DNA from: Candidatus Komeilibacteria bacterium CG11_big_fil_rev_8_21_14_0_20_36_20
GTDB taxonomy: Bacteria; Patescibacteriota; Patescibacteriia; UBA1558; GWA2-36-10
Reading direction: 5' to 3'
Assembly: GCA_002787405.1 (NCBI GenBank)
Contig: PCWQ01000013.1
Location: 1 to 56,100 of the forward strand
Length of the DNA stretch: 56,100 bases
A program made the position numbers and the translations under genes. The notes under the pieces were generated by a model. It was not told where the DNA came from. It saw nothing but the letters and a program-made list of their open reading frames with translations, and did not search any database. Positions 14,927 to 25,431 of the stretch are shown here, one piece after another (the first letter of the stretch is position 1; every line of letters starts with the position of its first letter).

Positions 14927-16347
14927 ATAAAATTCGCACCAGATTTGCTCCCAGTCCTACCGGTTATCTCCATATTGGGGGATTGCGCACGGCTTTATTT
15001 AATTATCTATGGACTCAGAAAAATAGAGGCCAGTTTTTACTACGCATTGAAGATACTGACCAAGAACGATATGTTCAGGGCGCAGAAGAAAAACTAATAG
15101 CCACTTTAGAAAATATCGGCTTAAAGCCAAATCAGAAGCCATTAACTCAATCCAGCCGGCTAAAAATTTATCAAAAAATAGCTGAAGAATTAGTAAAAAA
15201 AGATTCAGCTTACTATTGTTTTTGTAGCCCAGAAAGATTAGATAAATTAAGAAAAGAACAACAATCCCAAAAAAAAATTCCCAAATATGACAACCATTGC
15301 CGTAATTTATCAACTGGAGAGATTAAAGAAAAACTAGCTGCTAATCAAAAATATGTTATTCGCTTTAAAATACCGGAAAAACAAACTATCGAAGCTAAAG
15401 ATTTGGTTTATGGTTCAATTAAAGTTCAAAGCGAAGACTTAGATGATTTTATTATTTTAAAATCTGATCAATTTCCTACTTATCATTTAGCTAATGTGAT
15501 CGATGATCATGAAATGCAAATTTCCCATGTGATCAGAGGAGAAGAATGGCTGCCGTCTCTGCCTAAGCATATTTTATTATATCAAGCCCTTAATTATAAT
15601 CAGCCGAATTTTGTGCATTTGCCTTTGCTTTTAAATCCAGATAAATCAAAATTATCTAAACGGCAAGGGGATGTGGCGGTAGAAGATTTTTTAGCTAAGG
15701 GGTATCTGCCACAAGCCATTCTCAATTACGTCGCTCTCTTGGGTTGGAATCCGGGAGATGACCGTGAATTTTTTAGTATTAAAGAATTGATTAAAAACTT
15801 TTCCTTAGAAAAAATTAATAAAGCCGGAGCTATTTTTGATTTAAATAAATTAAATTGGTTTAATGCTGAATATATCCGGCAGATTATTGCCAAGAGGGGA
15901 GAGGATTATCAGAATTTAATCAACCAAACTAAAAAAATCCTGCCTGACCATTCAGACCAAGTAGAAAATTTATTAAAACTATTTGGCAGCCGCTTAAATT
16001 ATTTAGCTGAACTAAAAGAATTAAGTCCTTGGCTCTGGCAACTGCCTGATTACCCAACACAATTATTAATCTTTAAAAAATCTGATCAAGAAAAAACTAA
16101 GCAAGGTCTAAAAGAGGTTTTAGAATTATTAACTACTACTGACCAAAAAAAATGGACCAGAGAAAATCTTGACCAGATTTTACAACAAGCTGTGAAAAAC
16201 GGTCTTACTGCTGGCGATATTTTCTGGCCTACTCGAGTGGCTTTGTCTGGTTTAGAAAAAAGCCCTTCCCCGGCGGAAATTATGGAATTTTTGGGTAAAG
16301 AAGAAAGTCTGGAAAGAATCAACCAAGCTTTGGGAAAATTAAAATAA
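14923..16347 (+). CDS. gltX: Glutamyl-tRNA synthetase
   Basis: 474 aa. RFAPSPTGYLHIGG (HIGH) and KLSKRQ (KMSKS). Confidence 0.95.
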   Translation: MNKIRTRFAPSPTGYLHIGGLRTALFNYLWTQKNRGQFLLRIEDTDQERYVQGAEEKLIATLENIGLKPNQKPLTQSSRLKIYQKIAEELVKKDSAYYCFCSPERLDKLRKEQQSQKKIPKYDNHCRNLSTGEIKEKLAANQKYVIRFKIPEKQTIEAKDLVYGSIKVQSEDLDDFIILKSDQFPTYHLANVIDDHEMQISHVIRGEEWLPSLPKHILLYQALNYNQPNFVHLPLLLNPDKSKLSKRQGDVAVEDFLAKGYLPQAILNYVALLGWNPGDDREFFSIKELIKNFSLEKINKAGAIFDLNKLNWFNAEYIRQIIAKRGEDYQNLINQTKKILPDHSDQVENLLKLFGSRLNYLAELKELSPWLWQLPDYPTQLLIFKKSDQEKTKQGLKEVLELLTTTDQKKWTRENLDQILQQAVKNGLTAGDIFWPTRVALSGLEKSPSPAEIMEFLGKEESLERINQALGKLK

Positions 16348-16356
16348 ATACAACGT

Positions 16357-16385
16357 TTGCTAATTTAATCAAAATATGCTATAAT
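16357..16385 (+). promoter_or_regulatory. Promoter TTGCTA-17-TATAAT
   Basis: Read directly. 23 nt upstream of ATG 16409. Confidence 0.5.
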
Positions 16386-16408
16386 ATAATTATCCACAAG
16401 CTAGAACT

Positions 16409-17692
16409 ATGCCGAAAATAAAAACCCCTCGACTTCGCTCGGGGCAAGTAAAAACAAAAATAAATTTACTATTACTATCCTTTATAACCATCTGTTTATT
16501 AGGTTGGTTTTTTTATCCTTCAGAAATTAAAGCCACTGAATATCAGCTCAATGATCTGGAAAATTTAGAAATGTGGCAAATTAATCAGGATATTAATGAC
16601 AAGAGAGCTGAAATTCAAGAGTTGAACCGGCAGGTGGAGGTTTACCAGAAAAATATCAGCGCCAAACAACGGGAATTGAACAGTTTATCCAACCAAGTCA
16701 GTACTTTAAATGACAGTATTGCCAAGATTAATCTGGAAGCCAAGACAGTTGAGTTGGAAATTGAAACTTTGAATTTAAAAATAGAAAATACGGAATTAAA
16801 AATTCAAGCTAAACAACGGGAGATTAATGATCAAAAAGAAATTGTGGCTAGAGTGCTACGCCAACTGCATTTAGAACAGCAAAAAAATTCTGTGTTAGAG
16901 ATCCTACTACTAAACAACAGTTTTAGTGAATTTATGGCTGAGTTAGACCGATTAGGAGATATGCAAAGTAACTTGGTTAAAGGAGTAGAGGGCTTACAGA
17001 CAGTTAAGATAGCTTTGGATAGCGATAAATCCTCTTTGGAGGACAAACAAATCGAATTAAACACCCTGCAAGGAATTCTAACTACTAAACAAACGACATT
17101 AGATAGCCAAAAATCAGCTAAATACAACCTAATGGCTGTCACCCAAGGGCAAGAAGCAAAATTCCAGCAATTACTAGATCAGGCCAAACAGGAACAAGAG
17201 CAAATGAACAATGATATTGTTTATTTGGAAAAAATTGCCCGAGAAAAATTAAACCGCCAATTAGAACTAGAAGCAATCAACAGCGACGGATTGATGTGGC
17301 CGATTGCCTCACGAATAATCACCGCTTACTTCCATGATCCTGATTATCCTTATCGCTATATTTTTGAACATAATGCTATTGATCTAGCCACCCCACAAGG
17401 CACAGCCATTCGGGCCGCTGATTCTGGTTATGTGGCTAAAGCAAAAGACGGCGGTCAAACCGGTTATAGTTATATTATGATTGTCCATGCTAATAGCTTA
17501 TCCACTGTCTATGGCCATGTCAACCAGATTAGTGTTTCTGATGACCAATTTGTCAGCAAAGGACAAGTTATTGGCTATTCTGGCGGCATGCCGGGCACCA
17601 GAGGAGCTGGTTTGTTTTCGACCGGACCTCATTTACATTTTGAAGTTCGCCTTAATGGAGTACCAGTCAACCCTATAAATTATTTGCCCTAA
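16409..17692 (+). CDS. M23 peptidoglycan DD-metalloendopeptidase with long coiled-coil (EnvC-like architecture)
   Basis: 427 aa. TM anchor, heptad-rich region of about 250 aa, and a C-terminal M23 domain (HNAIDL, GPHLHFEVR). Confidence 0.85.
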   Translation: MPKIKTPRLRSGQVKTKINLLLLSFITICLLGWFFYPSEIKATEYQLNDLENLEMWQINQDINDKRAEIQELNRQVEVYQKNISAKQRELNSLSNQVSTLNDSIAKINLEAKTVELEIETLNLKIENTELKIQAKQREINDQKEIVARVLRQLHLEQQKNSVLEILLLNNSFSEFMAELDRLGDMQSNLVKGVEGLQTVKIALDSDKSSLEDKQIELNTLQGILTTKQTTLDSQKSAKYNLMAVTQGQEAKFQQLLDQAKQEQEQMNNDIVYLEKIAREKLNRQLELEAINSDGLMWPIASRIITAYFHDPDYPYRYIFEHNAIDLATPQGTAIRAADSGYVAKAKDGGQTGYSYIMIVHANSLSTVYGHVNQISVSDDQFVSKGQVIGYSGGMPGTRGAGLFSTGPHLHFEVRLNGVPVNPINYLP

Positions 17693-17744
17693 ATACCCCA
17701 TATCTCTAGACTACGCTTGAGACATCTCTCCCTAAATTAGGAAG

Positions 17745-17769
17745 AAAAAAAACTCGCCGATTGGCGGGT
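17745..17769 (-). terminator. Rho-independent terminator of the Xer-like gene
   Basis: Minus strand reads CCCGCCAATCGGCGAG (6-bp stem, 4-nt loop) followed by T8-9. Confidence 0.6.
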
Positions 17770-17780
17770 AGAGAGGGTAT

Positions 17781-18737
17781 TTATTTTCTTAAAGGATGAA
17801 ATTTAGTATGCATTTTTTCCGCATAGCGATCAGAAGCATGTACATAGCGAGTCGTAGTCTCTAAAGACTCATGCCCCAATAATATCTGAATAGCCGCTGG
17901 ATTAGCCCCATTTTCAGCCAAATAAGTAGCAAAACTATGCCTAATGGAATGAGCTGAAACTGGCACATTAATACCAAGTAATTCGCGGTATTTTTTTATT
18001 TTATATTGTAGATAATTTGGTGAGATTCTTTTATGCTTGTCTGGATTATTGCGACCGCGATAGGGGATAAACATAAATTCTGAATCATCATGGCGTATTT
18101 TTAAATAATGCTGCAAATGAATAATAGCCCGCGGTGTTAAATAAACAAAACGCTGTTTTTTCCCTTTGCCCATAATATAAATCCGACCACTCAAATCCAA
18201 CTGATCTCTTTTTAATGAAAGTAGTTCCGAAATACGCATACCAGTGGCAAATAAAGTTTCCAGCATAGCCCGATTACGAAGTTTGATGGCTTGATTCTGT
18301 TCAAATGTTTCCGGTGCTTCAATTAACTTGATTAATTCATGCATTTCCGGAACTTGACTATTTTTTTTCTCTGTCTTTAAGAGCTTGATGGCATCAGCTG
18401 TAATCGGCGATTGATAATCAACATCGTTTAAAAATTTTAAATAAGACCGCAGAGCTGAAAGAATCCGGTTGATGCTATAACTGGATAATTTTGCCTGACC
18501 CTTTTCATTGGAAGCAGTCTGCCGCGAAGTAGAGGAGAGGTAGGCCTTAAATTTAATAATTGACCTTTTGGTTAATTTTTTAAAATCAGTCTTGATATCA
18601 TCGTTTAAAAAATTTTCCAAAGTATTTAAGTCCCTCTCATAATTGTAGACCGTTTCTGTTGAATAGTTATTAGACTGGATATTTTCCAAAAACTCATCTA
18701 AGAGGGGGAGGATATGCTTTTTATTCGCTTTAATCAT
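17781..18737 (-). CDS. Tyrosine site-specific recombinase, XerC/XerD-like
   Basis: N-terminal SAM-like domain. ATGMRISE (Arg I), HSIRHSFATYL and LLGHESLETTTRYVH. Start set at ATG 18737; the ORF track used TTG 18755, which lies inside the -10 box. Confidence 0.85.
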   Translation of the reverse strand: MIKANKKHILPLLDEFLENIQSNNYSTETVYNYERDLNTLENFLNDDIKTDFKKLTKRSIIKFKAYLSSTSRQTASNEKGQAKLSSYSINRILSALRSYLKFLNDVDYQSPITADAIKLLKTEKKNSQVPEMHELIKLIEAPETFEQNQAIKLRNRAMLETLFATGMRISELLSLKRDQLDLSGRIYIMGKGKKQRFVYLTPRAIIHLQHYLKIRHDDSEFMFIPYRGRNNPDKHKRISPNYLQYKIKKYRELLGINVPVSAHSIRHSFATYLAENGANPAAIQILLGHESLETTTRYVHASDRYAEKMHTKFHPLRK

Positions 18738-18743
18738 GTTTAT

Positions 18744-18772
18744 ATTATAATTCAAGGAATAATCATTGTCAA
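18744..18772 (-). promoter_or_regulatory. Perfect consensus promoter TTGACA-17-TATAAT, 6 nt before ATG 18737
   Basis: Minus strand reads TTGACAatgattattccttgaatTATAATataaacATG. Confidence 0.6.
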
Positions 18773-18800
18773 ATTGAGTGTAAGAGTTATTATACTCAAT
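18773..18800. repeat. 11-bp inverted repeat abutting the -35 box
   Basis: ATTGAGTGTAA (18773-18783) pairs with TTATACTCAAT (18790-18800), with one G-T pair. Confidence 0.5.
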
Positions 18801-18827
18801 TCATATCTATAATAAAAAAGGGGCTTT

Positions 18828-19658
18828 TTATTTCAAATAAACCCGATCGCCAAAACGAACATCAATATAATCAATATCTCCTCCAACAATATTGCCGGCG
18901 GTTAGCACTTTGCTTAAACTATTTAATTCCTCATTAATATCTCCGGTGGCATCTAATTTTACATAAAACCCCACCTCGCTCTGTAATTGCATTAAAGACC
19001 AATTATTATTAATAGTAATCTTAGTTAACCTGGCTTTAGAGCCAATTAACTCCTGCCAGCCCAAATAAATCTGATTAATAAGATTAATCTCGCTGGTGCT
19101 AAAAATATCCTCATTTTGGGGATAGTTGGCCCTTAAATCTTCTAAAATAAGGTATTTGTCATCCAAAGCGCTAATTTGGCGATTTAAGCGTCCTTTAGCG
19201 TCTAAAAGGTATAAAGTATCATCATTTTGCCAAATAAATTGAGAAATTTTTTCTTTGACTGTAATAATCAAAGAATTGGGAAATTTTTTCTCAACTTTAA
19301 CCTCATCCAAATTATAAGCTTCGGCTAAAAGATTTTCTAAAGGTTCTGTTTTTAAAAGAAAGTAGTTATTATTCTTAAATATCAAATATTTACCAGCTGA
19401 CAACTGATCAGCCAACGTTTCTTCAATTTCCTCTAAAGATAAATCCTGATTATTCAATAAAATAATATTCTTAACCTGTAGATATCTGATTTGAAAAATA
19501 CTTTGTATTAAAAAAATTATTAAAATACACCAAATAATAAAAATAATTCTTTGGCGATATTTACTTTGCTGTTGCACATAATAACCTCGCTGCACTCTTT
19601 TCGGCTTTTGAGGCAAATGCTTCTTCCAGGGTTTATCTTTCTTTTTTTGATATTTCAT
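18828..19658 (-). CDS. ftsQ: FtsQ/DivIB-like cell-division protein (TM anchor plus POTRA)
   Basis: 276 aa. Basic N-terminus, one TM helix, and KVEKKFPNSLIITVKEK, which is typical of the FtsQ POTRA region. Confidence 0.6.
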   Translation of the reverse strand: MKYQKKKDKPWKKHLPQKPKRVQRGYYVQQQSKYRQRIIFIIWCILIIFLIQSIFQIRYLQVKNIILLNNQDLSLEEIEETLADQLSAGKYLIFKNNNYFLLKTEPLENLLAEAYNLDEVKVEKKFPNSLIITVKEKISQFIWQNDDTLYLLDAKGRLNRQISALDDKYLILEDLRANYPQNEDIFSTSEINLINQIYLGWQELIGSKARLTKITINNNWSLMQLQSEVGFYVKLDATGDINEELNSLSKVLTAGNIVGGDIDYIDVRFGDRVYLK

Positions 19659-19703
19659 CTTTCCCCTGTTTAAGCGCTTCTCTTTATTAAGTGTCGTTAA
19701 ATA

Positions 19704-20816
19704 TTAAATAATAACCCGCGGCAATAATGGATTTATTCTAGTTACCACTTCGTAATTAATGGTTTTGGATAAAGAAGATAATTCTTCAGCTGTAATTCTT
19801 TCCTGACCGTCGTTACCTAAAAGGATGACTGTCTCCCCTAAATCAGAATTAAGGCTAGTAGGCAGTTCAACCATAGTTAAATTCATGCAAATATTACCCC
19901 GCACCGGACAACGCTGACCTTTAATTAAAACTTCCGCCTGATTGGATAGCAAACGACTATATCCTTCATTATAACCAACCGGCAAAACCGCTATTCGACA
20001 ATCTTGCGGACAAATATAGCTGCGGTCATAGCCTACTGATTCTCCTTGCTTTAATTCTTTAAGTTGGATTATTTTTGTTTTAAAAGCCAAAACCGGCTTT
20101 AAATCTATTTTTAAATTCTTTCCACGCTGACTGGTAGACTGACTGGGCCATAAACCATATAACGCTAGGCCTAATCTTATTAAATCCATCTGTGTTTGCG
20201 GCAAGCCAACCGCAGCGGCTGAACAGGCGGAGTGAATCTTAATTAAAGGAAATTTGTTGATTATTTTCCTAAAACTATCTAGTTGCTCGTGAATAAAATT
20301 TTGATCCTCGGCTTCTGAATCAGCATAATGTGTAAAAATACTATTAATCGTTAAATATTTCTTGCCTTTTATATAATTAATGGCCTGAACTGCCTCCCCC
20401 ACCCTGAATCCTAATCTAGCTGTACCCGTATCTATTTTTATATTAACTAAAAATTTTTTACTTGTTTTTTTAGCAAAATTATTTAAATAATTTGCTGTAT
20501 CTAAATCATAAACCGGCAAAGATATCTGTTCATCTAAAGCAATTTGAAGACTCCTCTCCTCTCTATCAAAATAGCTTAAGACCATAATCGGCTTACTAGA
20601 AATTTCTTTTAACTTTAAAGCTTCCTGCAGATTAACAACCATCAGACCGTCAATGTTCTGATTCTGATCAAGCAACCCTGCTATTTCCTGAAAGCCGTGC
20701 CCGTAGGCATTGCTTTTAATGACTGGCCAAATTTGAGATTGGGGAGCTATTTTTTTAAACTGTTGTATGTTATGAGCAAGATTCTGACTGTCTATTTCTA
20801 TCCAAGTAAGTGGCAT
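19704..20816 (-). CDS. alr: Alanine racemase
   Basis: 370 aa. PLP motif VIKSNAYGHG. Confidence 0.9.
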   Translation of the reverse strand: MPLTWIEIDSQNLAHNIQQFKKIAPQSQIWPVIKSNAYGHGFQEIAGLLDQNQNIDGLMVVNLQEALKLKEISSKPIMVLSYFDREERSLQIALDEQISLPVYDLDTANYLNNFAKKTSKKFLVNIKIDTGTARLGFRVGEAVQAINYIKGKKYLTINSIFTHYADSEAEDQNFIHEQLDSFRKIINKFPLIKIHSACSAAAVGLPQTQMDLIRLGLALYGLWPSQSTSQRGKNLKIDLKPVLAFKTKIIQLKELKQGESVGYDRSYICPQDCRIAVLPVGYNEGYSRLLSNQAEVLIKGQRCPVRGNICMNLTMVELPTSLNSDLGETVILLGNDGQERITAEELSSLSKTINYEVVTRINPLLPRVII

Positions 20817-20818
20817 TA

Positions 20819-22060
20819 TTACTTTTTAATTTCTTTAAAACTCAAATAAGACTGCAAAACTTTAGGCACTTTAATACTACCTTCTTTAGTCTGATAATTT
20901 TCCATAATAGCTATTAATGCCCGACCAATAGCTATGCCAGTACCATTAAGAGTGTGGCATAATTCTTTTTTCTGGCCAGCCTGATATTTAATATTAAGGC
21001 GGCGGCTTTGAAAATCAGTAGTATTAGAACAAGAAGTAACTTCCCGATATTTATTTTGGGAGGGTAACCAAGCTTCTAGATCATATTTTTTAGCAGCCTG
21101 AAAGCCAATATCTCCACTGCAGATATTAACTACCTGGTAAGGAATTTTTAACTCCGACCAAATTTCTTCTTCAATAGCTAAAATCTCCTGGTGATTTTTT
21201 TCGGATTCTTGAGGTTGGCAAAAGACCACCATTTCTATTTTATCAAACTGATGACCTCTGAAAATGCCTTTATTATCCTTGCCATAACTGCCTGCTTCCC
21301 GACGATAGCAAGTAGATAAAGCAAAATATTTTATCGGGATTTTTAGATTCAAAACTTCATCGGCATGATAACTAACTAGAGGAACTTCAGAGGTGCCAAT
21401 CAAATATAAATCATCTTTGTCAGAATTAACGTGATAAATCTCATTTTTTTCAGCTGGGAAAAATCCGGTGCCAAACATTGCTTTTGTTTTCACGAGATTA
21501 GGTGGCACCACGGGCTGAAAACCTGCTTTTAATAATTTACCAAAAACATAATTAAGTAGGGCCCACTGTAATTCTACTAATTGATTTTTTAAATACCAAA
21601 ATCTGGCTCCTGATATTTCTGAACCCTTGTCAATGTCAATTAAATCTAATTTTTGAGCCAACTCTTCGTGAGGCAATGGCTGAAAATCAAACTGAGGCTT
21701 CTGACCCACGGTCTTCTCTACCTGATTATCTTTTTCACTTGAACCAATAGGTGTAGTTGTAGAATTAAGATTAGGCAACTGGGCTAACAGAGCATAAATT
21801 TCATTTTGAATTTTTTTTAATTCCTTTTCTTCTTCTTGGATATAATCGCCTATTAATTTCATTTTTTCCCTAATCTCTGGGCTGGGTTTAGTCTTAGAAT
21901 GTTTATTACGTTCAGTCCTTCTCCCAGCTATATTTTGGATACGCTCTGAAACTTCTTTAAAAAGATTTAATAACTCATCAACATCAACCTTTACTCCCCT
22001 GCTCTGGTTATTTTGAATCACTAAATCTTTATTCTTTTTAACAAATTTTATATCAAGCAT
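20819..22060 (-). CDS. serS: Seryl-tRNA synthetase
   Basis: 413 aa. N-terminal coiled-coil arm (MLDIKF...) and class II core (CYRREAG, GTGIAIGRALIAIMENYQ). Confidence 0.95.
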   Translation of the reverse strand: MLDIKFVKKNKDLVIQNNQSRGVKVDVDELLNLFKEVSERIQNIAGRRTERNKHSKTKPSPEIREKMKLIGDYIQEEEKELKKIQNEIYALLAQLPNLNSTTTPIGSSEKDNQVEKTVGQKPQFDFQPLPHEELAQKLDLIDIDKGSEISGARFWYLKNQLVELQWALLNYVFGKLLKAGFQPVVPPNLVKTKAMFGTGFFPAEKNEIYHVNSDKDDLYLIGTSEVPLVSYHADEVLNLKIPIKYFALSTCYRREAGSYGKDNKGIFRGHQFDKIEMVVFCQPQESEKNHQEILAIEEEIWSELKIPYQVVNICSGDIGFQAAKKYDLEAWLPSQNKYREVTSCSNTTDFQSRRLNIKYQAGQKKELCHTLNGTGIAIGRALIAIMENYQTKEGSIKVPKVLQSYLSFKEIKK

Positions 22061-22070
22061 AAAAGTTTAT

Positions 22071-23561
22071 TTAATTATTTTTAGGACGCATGGTCGGGAA
22101 TAAAATAACTTCCTTAACATTATCAACATCACCTAAAAGCATTACTAGACGATCCAACCCAATACCGATGCCAACAGTTGGTGGCATGCCGTATTTTAAA
22201 GCTTCAACAAATTCCTGATCAGCTCCTTGGGCCTCTTCATCACCGGCAGCTCTTAATTTCTTTTGCTCCTTAAATCTTTGTTCCTGATCTAAAGGATCAT
22301 TAATTTCGGAAAACGCATTACAGACTTCAGCGGTTTTAACAACCAGTTGAAACCTTTCTACATAGCCCGGCCGACCTGGCAATTTTTTAGAAAGCGGAGA
22401 CAATTCAATGGGATGATTAATCAAAAAAGTCGGCTGAATCAAATGAGGACGAACAAATTTTTTGTATAACTCATCTAAAATCTTACCTCTTCCCCATAAA
22501 TGATCTGCTACTAACTTAGCTTTCTTAGCCAGTGATCTTAATTGACTATCGGAAGTTTTGTCCAAGTCTATTTTTAAGGCCTGATCTAGAACTTCTTTAA
22601 AATCCAAACGCGGATAAGGCGGCTTAAAATTTAAAATATCATCACCATTTTTAATTTTTAGTCCATTGTTATTAACTTTTTTTACTAAAAATTCAAAAAA
22701 TTTCTCCATAAATCCCATTAAAAACTCGTAGTCTTGATAAGCCCAATAAGCTTCCAATTGAGTAAACTCCGGATTATGCTGATGATCAATACCTTCGTTG
22801 CGAAAACATCTAGCAATCTCATAAACTTTTTCATAACCACCGATAATCAGTCTTTTTAAATAAAGTTCGGGTGCAACTCTTAAAAACAAATCAATACCCA
22901 AAGCATGATGATGAGTCACAAATGGCCGAGCAGCTGCCCCACCAGCTACAGCTTGCAAAACAGGCGTATCCACTTCTGTAAAACCATGCTGATCAAAATA
23001 CTGTCGAGCTGATTTAATAATCTGACTGCGCAGATCGAAAATCTCTTTGACTTTAGGATTGACTAATAAATCTAAATATCTCTTACGGAATCTCAAATCA
23101 GGATCCTTTAAGCCATAATGCGGATCCGGTAAAGGCAATAAAGATTTACTTAAAATAATAACCTGATTAACTAATAAAGTCGGCTCTTTGGTTTTGGTTA
23201 TAAACGCCTGACCGATAAACTCTACAAAATCTCCAAGATCATAATTATTTTTAAATAACTGGTACTCCTCTGCTCCGATCTGGTCCTTACGGATAAAGGC
23301 CTGTAATTCTCCAGAAAAATCCCTAAAATGCAAAAAACATGAACCACCCTGCAACCTAATACTAACAATCCTTCCAGCCAGGACGACTTTTTTCTCTTTC
23401 TTTAATAAACTGTCAAAATTCTGCAAAAAATCAGCCACCGTGGTATTTCTTTTAGTGCGAGCCGGATAAACATTAACGGCCTGTTTTTGCAAACGATTCA
23501 TCTTTAAGAGCCGCTGCTGATATTCGTCGTTAATATCAGTTGTTTTTCTTGTTTGAGTCAT
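22071..23561 (-). CDS. lysS: Lysyl-tRNA synthetase, class II
   Basis: 496 aa. OB-fold N-domain. FRNEGID and GIGIGLDRLVMLL motifs. Confidence 0.95.
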   Translation of the reverse strand: MTQTRKTTDINDEYQQRLLKMNRLQKQAVNVYPARTKRNTTVADFLQNFDSLLKKEKKVVLAGRIVSIRLQGGSCFLHFRDFSGELQAFIRKDQIGAEEYQLFKNNYDLGDFVEFIGQAFITKTKEPTLLVNQVIILSKSLLPLPDPHYGLKDPDLRFRKRYLDLLVNPKVKEIFDLRSQIIKSARQYFDQHGFTEVDTPVLQAVAGGAAARPFVTHHHALGIDLFLRVAPELYLKRLIIGGYEKVYEIARCFRNEGIDHQHNPEFTQLEAYWAYQDYEFLMGFMEKFFEFLVKKVNNNGLKIKNGDDILNFKPPYPRLDFKEVLDQALKIDLDKTSDSQLRSLAKKAKLVADHLWGRGKILDELYKKFVRPHLIQPTFLINHPIELSPLSKKLPGRPGYVERFQLVVKTAEVCNAFSEINDPLDQEQRFKEQKKLRAAGDEEAQGADQEFVEALKYGMPPTVGIGIGLDRLVMLLGDVDNVKEVILFPTMRPKNN

Positions 23562-23624
23562 AAGACTATAAAATTAAATTGATACAATAATCATAGCTAA
23601 TTTTGGCTTTAAAATCAAGGTAAT

Positions 23625-24431
23625 CTATTCTGCTTTTGGCAATTGGTGGTTTCGAAATTTCAATAGATATTTAATAAAACTAACAATATGATTACGGGCT
23701 GGTTTATTAAAAAAACTTTTCATAATATTTTCACTAGCCGATTGGCGACGATGAAGATGAATAATTTCAGCTTGACCGACATAAGCTACCTTAAAACCAT
23801 TTTCCCAAAAACGACGTGACCAATCAAGGTCTTCCATATACATAAAATATTTTTCGTCCAATAAACCAACTTTATTCAAATATTCTGTCCTTATTATCAA
23901 ACAAGCCCCAAACAAAGCTGGCACGTAAAAATTATGATAATGATTAACTTTTTTCATTAAATATTGATCAAGCCAAGTCTGCCCTTTTTTTGTTTCGCCT
24001 AAAAGAGTTCGCCGATACAAAGGCAAACGCCAATCAGGAAACCGCGTACAGGAATATTGAATACTCTGATCTGCATTAATTAAACGCGGACCGGCCAAAC
24101 CAACCTCTGGATGATCTTCCATGTAATTATATAAAATTTCAATACCCGCTGATAAGACCGCCAAATCCGGATTACAAAGCAAAATATATTTACCTCTGGC
24201 TTGTTTAATTCCTAAATTATTCCCATAAGCAAAACCACCATTTTTTTTACTCTGAATAAATTTTACTCCCGGAAAATCATCCCTGATTAATTCAGCTAGG
24301 CCGTCATAGGAGGCATTATCAACCACGATAATTTCATAATCGTATGGCAGGCGCAACTCAAAAATATTAGTCAAAAACTCTTTGACCAAATTCTTATTAT
24401 AATAGCTTAAAATAACAATTGATAAATCCAT
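23625..24431 (-). CDS. Family-2 glycosyltransferase
   Basis: MDLSIVILSYYN, VDNASYDG, GGFAYGNN and MEDLDW. Start at ATG 24431 lies 4 nt after the upstream stop; the ORF track start at 24461 would overlap the upstream gene. Confidence 0.8.
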   Translation of the reverse strand: MDLSIVILSYYNKNLVKEFLTNIFELRLPYDYEIIVVDNASYDGLAELIRDDFPGVKFIQSKKNGGFAYGNNLGIKQARGKYILLCNPDLAVLSAGIEILYNYMEDHPEVGLAGPRLINADQSIQYSCTRFPDWRLPLYRRTLLGETKKGQTWLDQYLMKKVNHYHNFYVPALFGACLIIRTEYLNKVGLLDEKYFMYMEDLDWSRRFWENGFKVAYVGQAEIIHLHRRQSASENIMKSFFNKPARNHIVSFIKYLLKFRNHQLPKAE

Positions 24432-24435
24432 ATAA

Positions 24436-25431
24436 TTATTTAAACCATTGACGTACCTCACTTGCCTTAATCTGTCGATTCTTTTTAATTAATTTTCTTT
24501 TGGCTCGCATTTTTGGTAAATTTTTTATAAATTCTCCGCAACCAGCTAAAGTGCTCCTCTCAAAAAGCAAAAAATAGAAAAACTTTCGGCTTTCATACCA
24601 CAAAATTGGCCAGAAATCACGCAAAATATTAGTAACAAAAGAATTTTTATATAAAGTTATAAAATGATTGCGATAAGATAGCCGATTAGCTGTTTGGCGA
24701 GTTTTTCTGCTCTCTCTAATATTTTGAGCACTAGCCACACTGCGATGATGATAAGCCCTAGTGTTGGTAATCAGCCAATTCTCCCAACCAAATAGACGCA
24801 ACCGCCAAGCTAAATCAATATCTTCCTTATAAGCAAAGAAGTCTTCGTCTAAATATTCAAAATAGTCATGGCTACGCGGTATTTTGATACTTTCCAAAGA
24901 TTCTCGCCGCAATAAGACCACAGCGGCCGAAAGTCCAAAAACTTCTTTATCAGAAAATTCAAAATCCTTCTGACCTTGATGGGCGTCAATCACTTGCCTC
25001 TGCCGATTAATTTTCAGACCAAAAGAATCAATGATGCTAGTCTTCCCCTCTTCTTTAAAATCCCAATACATTGTTTTGCCAGCCACGGCCGCTACCTGTG
25101 AATTTTTTTCAAGAAAATTAACGGTTTTTTCTAAATAATCCGGCTCTAAAATAATATCTTGATTTAACAATAAAATATAATTCGAATTTGACCACCCAAT
25201 CAGCAAATTATGCCCCTTGGCAAATCCAACATTTTTTTTCTGCCTAATGATCCTAGCTTGAGGATAATATTCCAAAACAACCGCTACTGATTGATCAGTA
25301 GAAGCATTATCCAATACTAAAAGTTCCCAGTTAGGGAAACTCTGCTCCTTTAGACTTTTTAAAAGCCAGGGCAGATATTCCGCGCCGTTCCAAGTTAATA
25401 AACTAACGGTAACTTTTGCTCTCTTGGCCAT
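24436..25431 (-). CDS. Family-2 glycosyltransferase
   Basis: 331 aa. VSLLTWNG, LDNASTDQS, VGFAKGHN and KEDIDLAWR. Confidence 0.8.
   Translation of the reverse strand: MAKRAKVTVSLLTWNGAEYLPWLLKSLKEQSFPNWELLVLDNASTDQSVAVVLEYYPQARIIRQKKNVGFAKGHNLLIGWSNSNYILLLNQDIILEPDYLEKTVNFLEKNSQVAAVAGKTMYWDFKEEGKTSIIDSFGLKINRQRQVIDAHQGQKDFEFSDKEVFGLSAAVVLLRRESLESIKIPRSHDYFEYLDEDFFAYKEDIDLAWRLRLFGWENWLITNTRAYHHRSVASAQNIRESRKTRQTANRLSYRNHFITLYKNSFVTNILRDFWPILWYESRKFFYFLLFERSTLAGCGEFIKNLPKMRAKRKLIKKNRQIKASEVRQWFK

Noticed and set aside
16430-16455. CCCCTCGACTTCGCTCGGGG hairpin-like sequence inside the start of the M23 gene (encodes PRLRSGQ)
   Set aside because: Only a 4-bp G-C stem can form. It lies inside a coding sequence, and there is too little evidence for a regulatory element or repeat family from a single copy.
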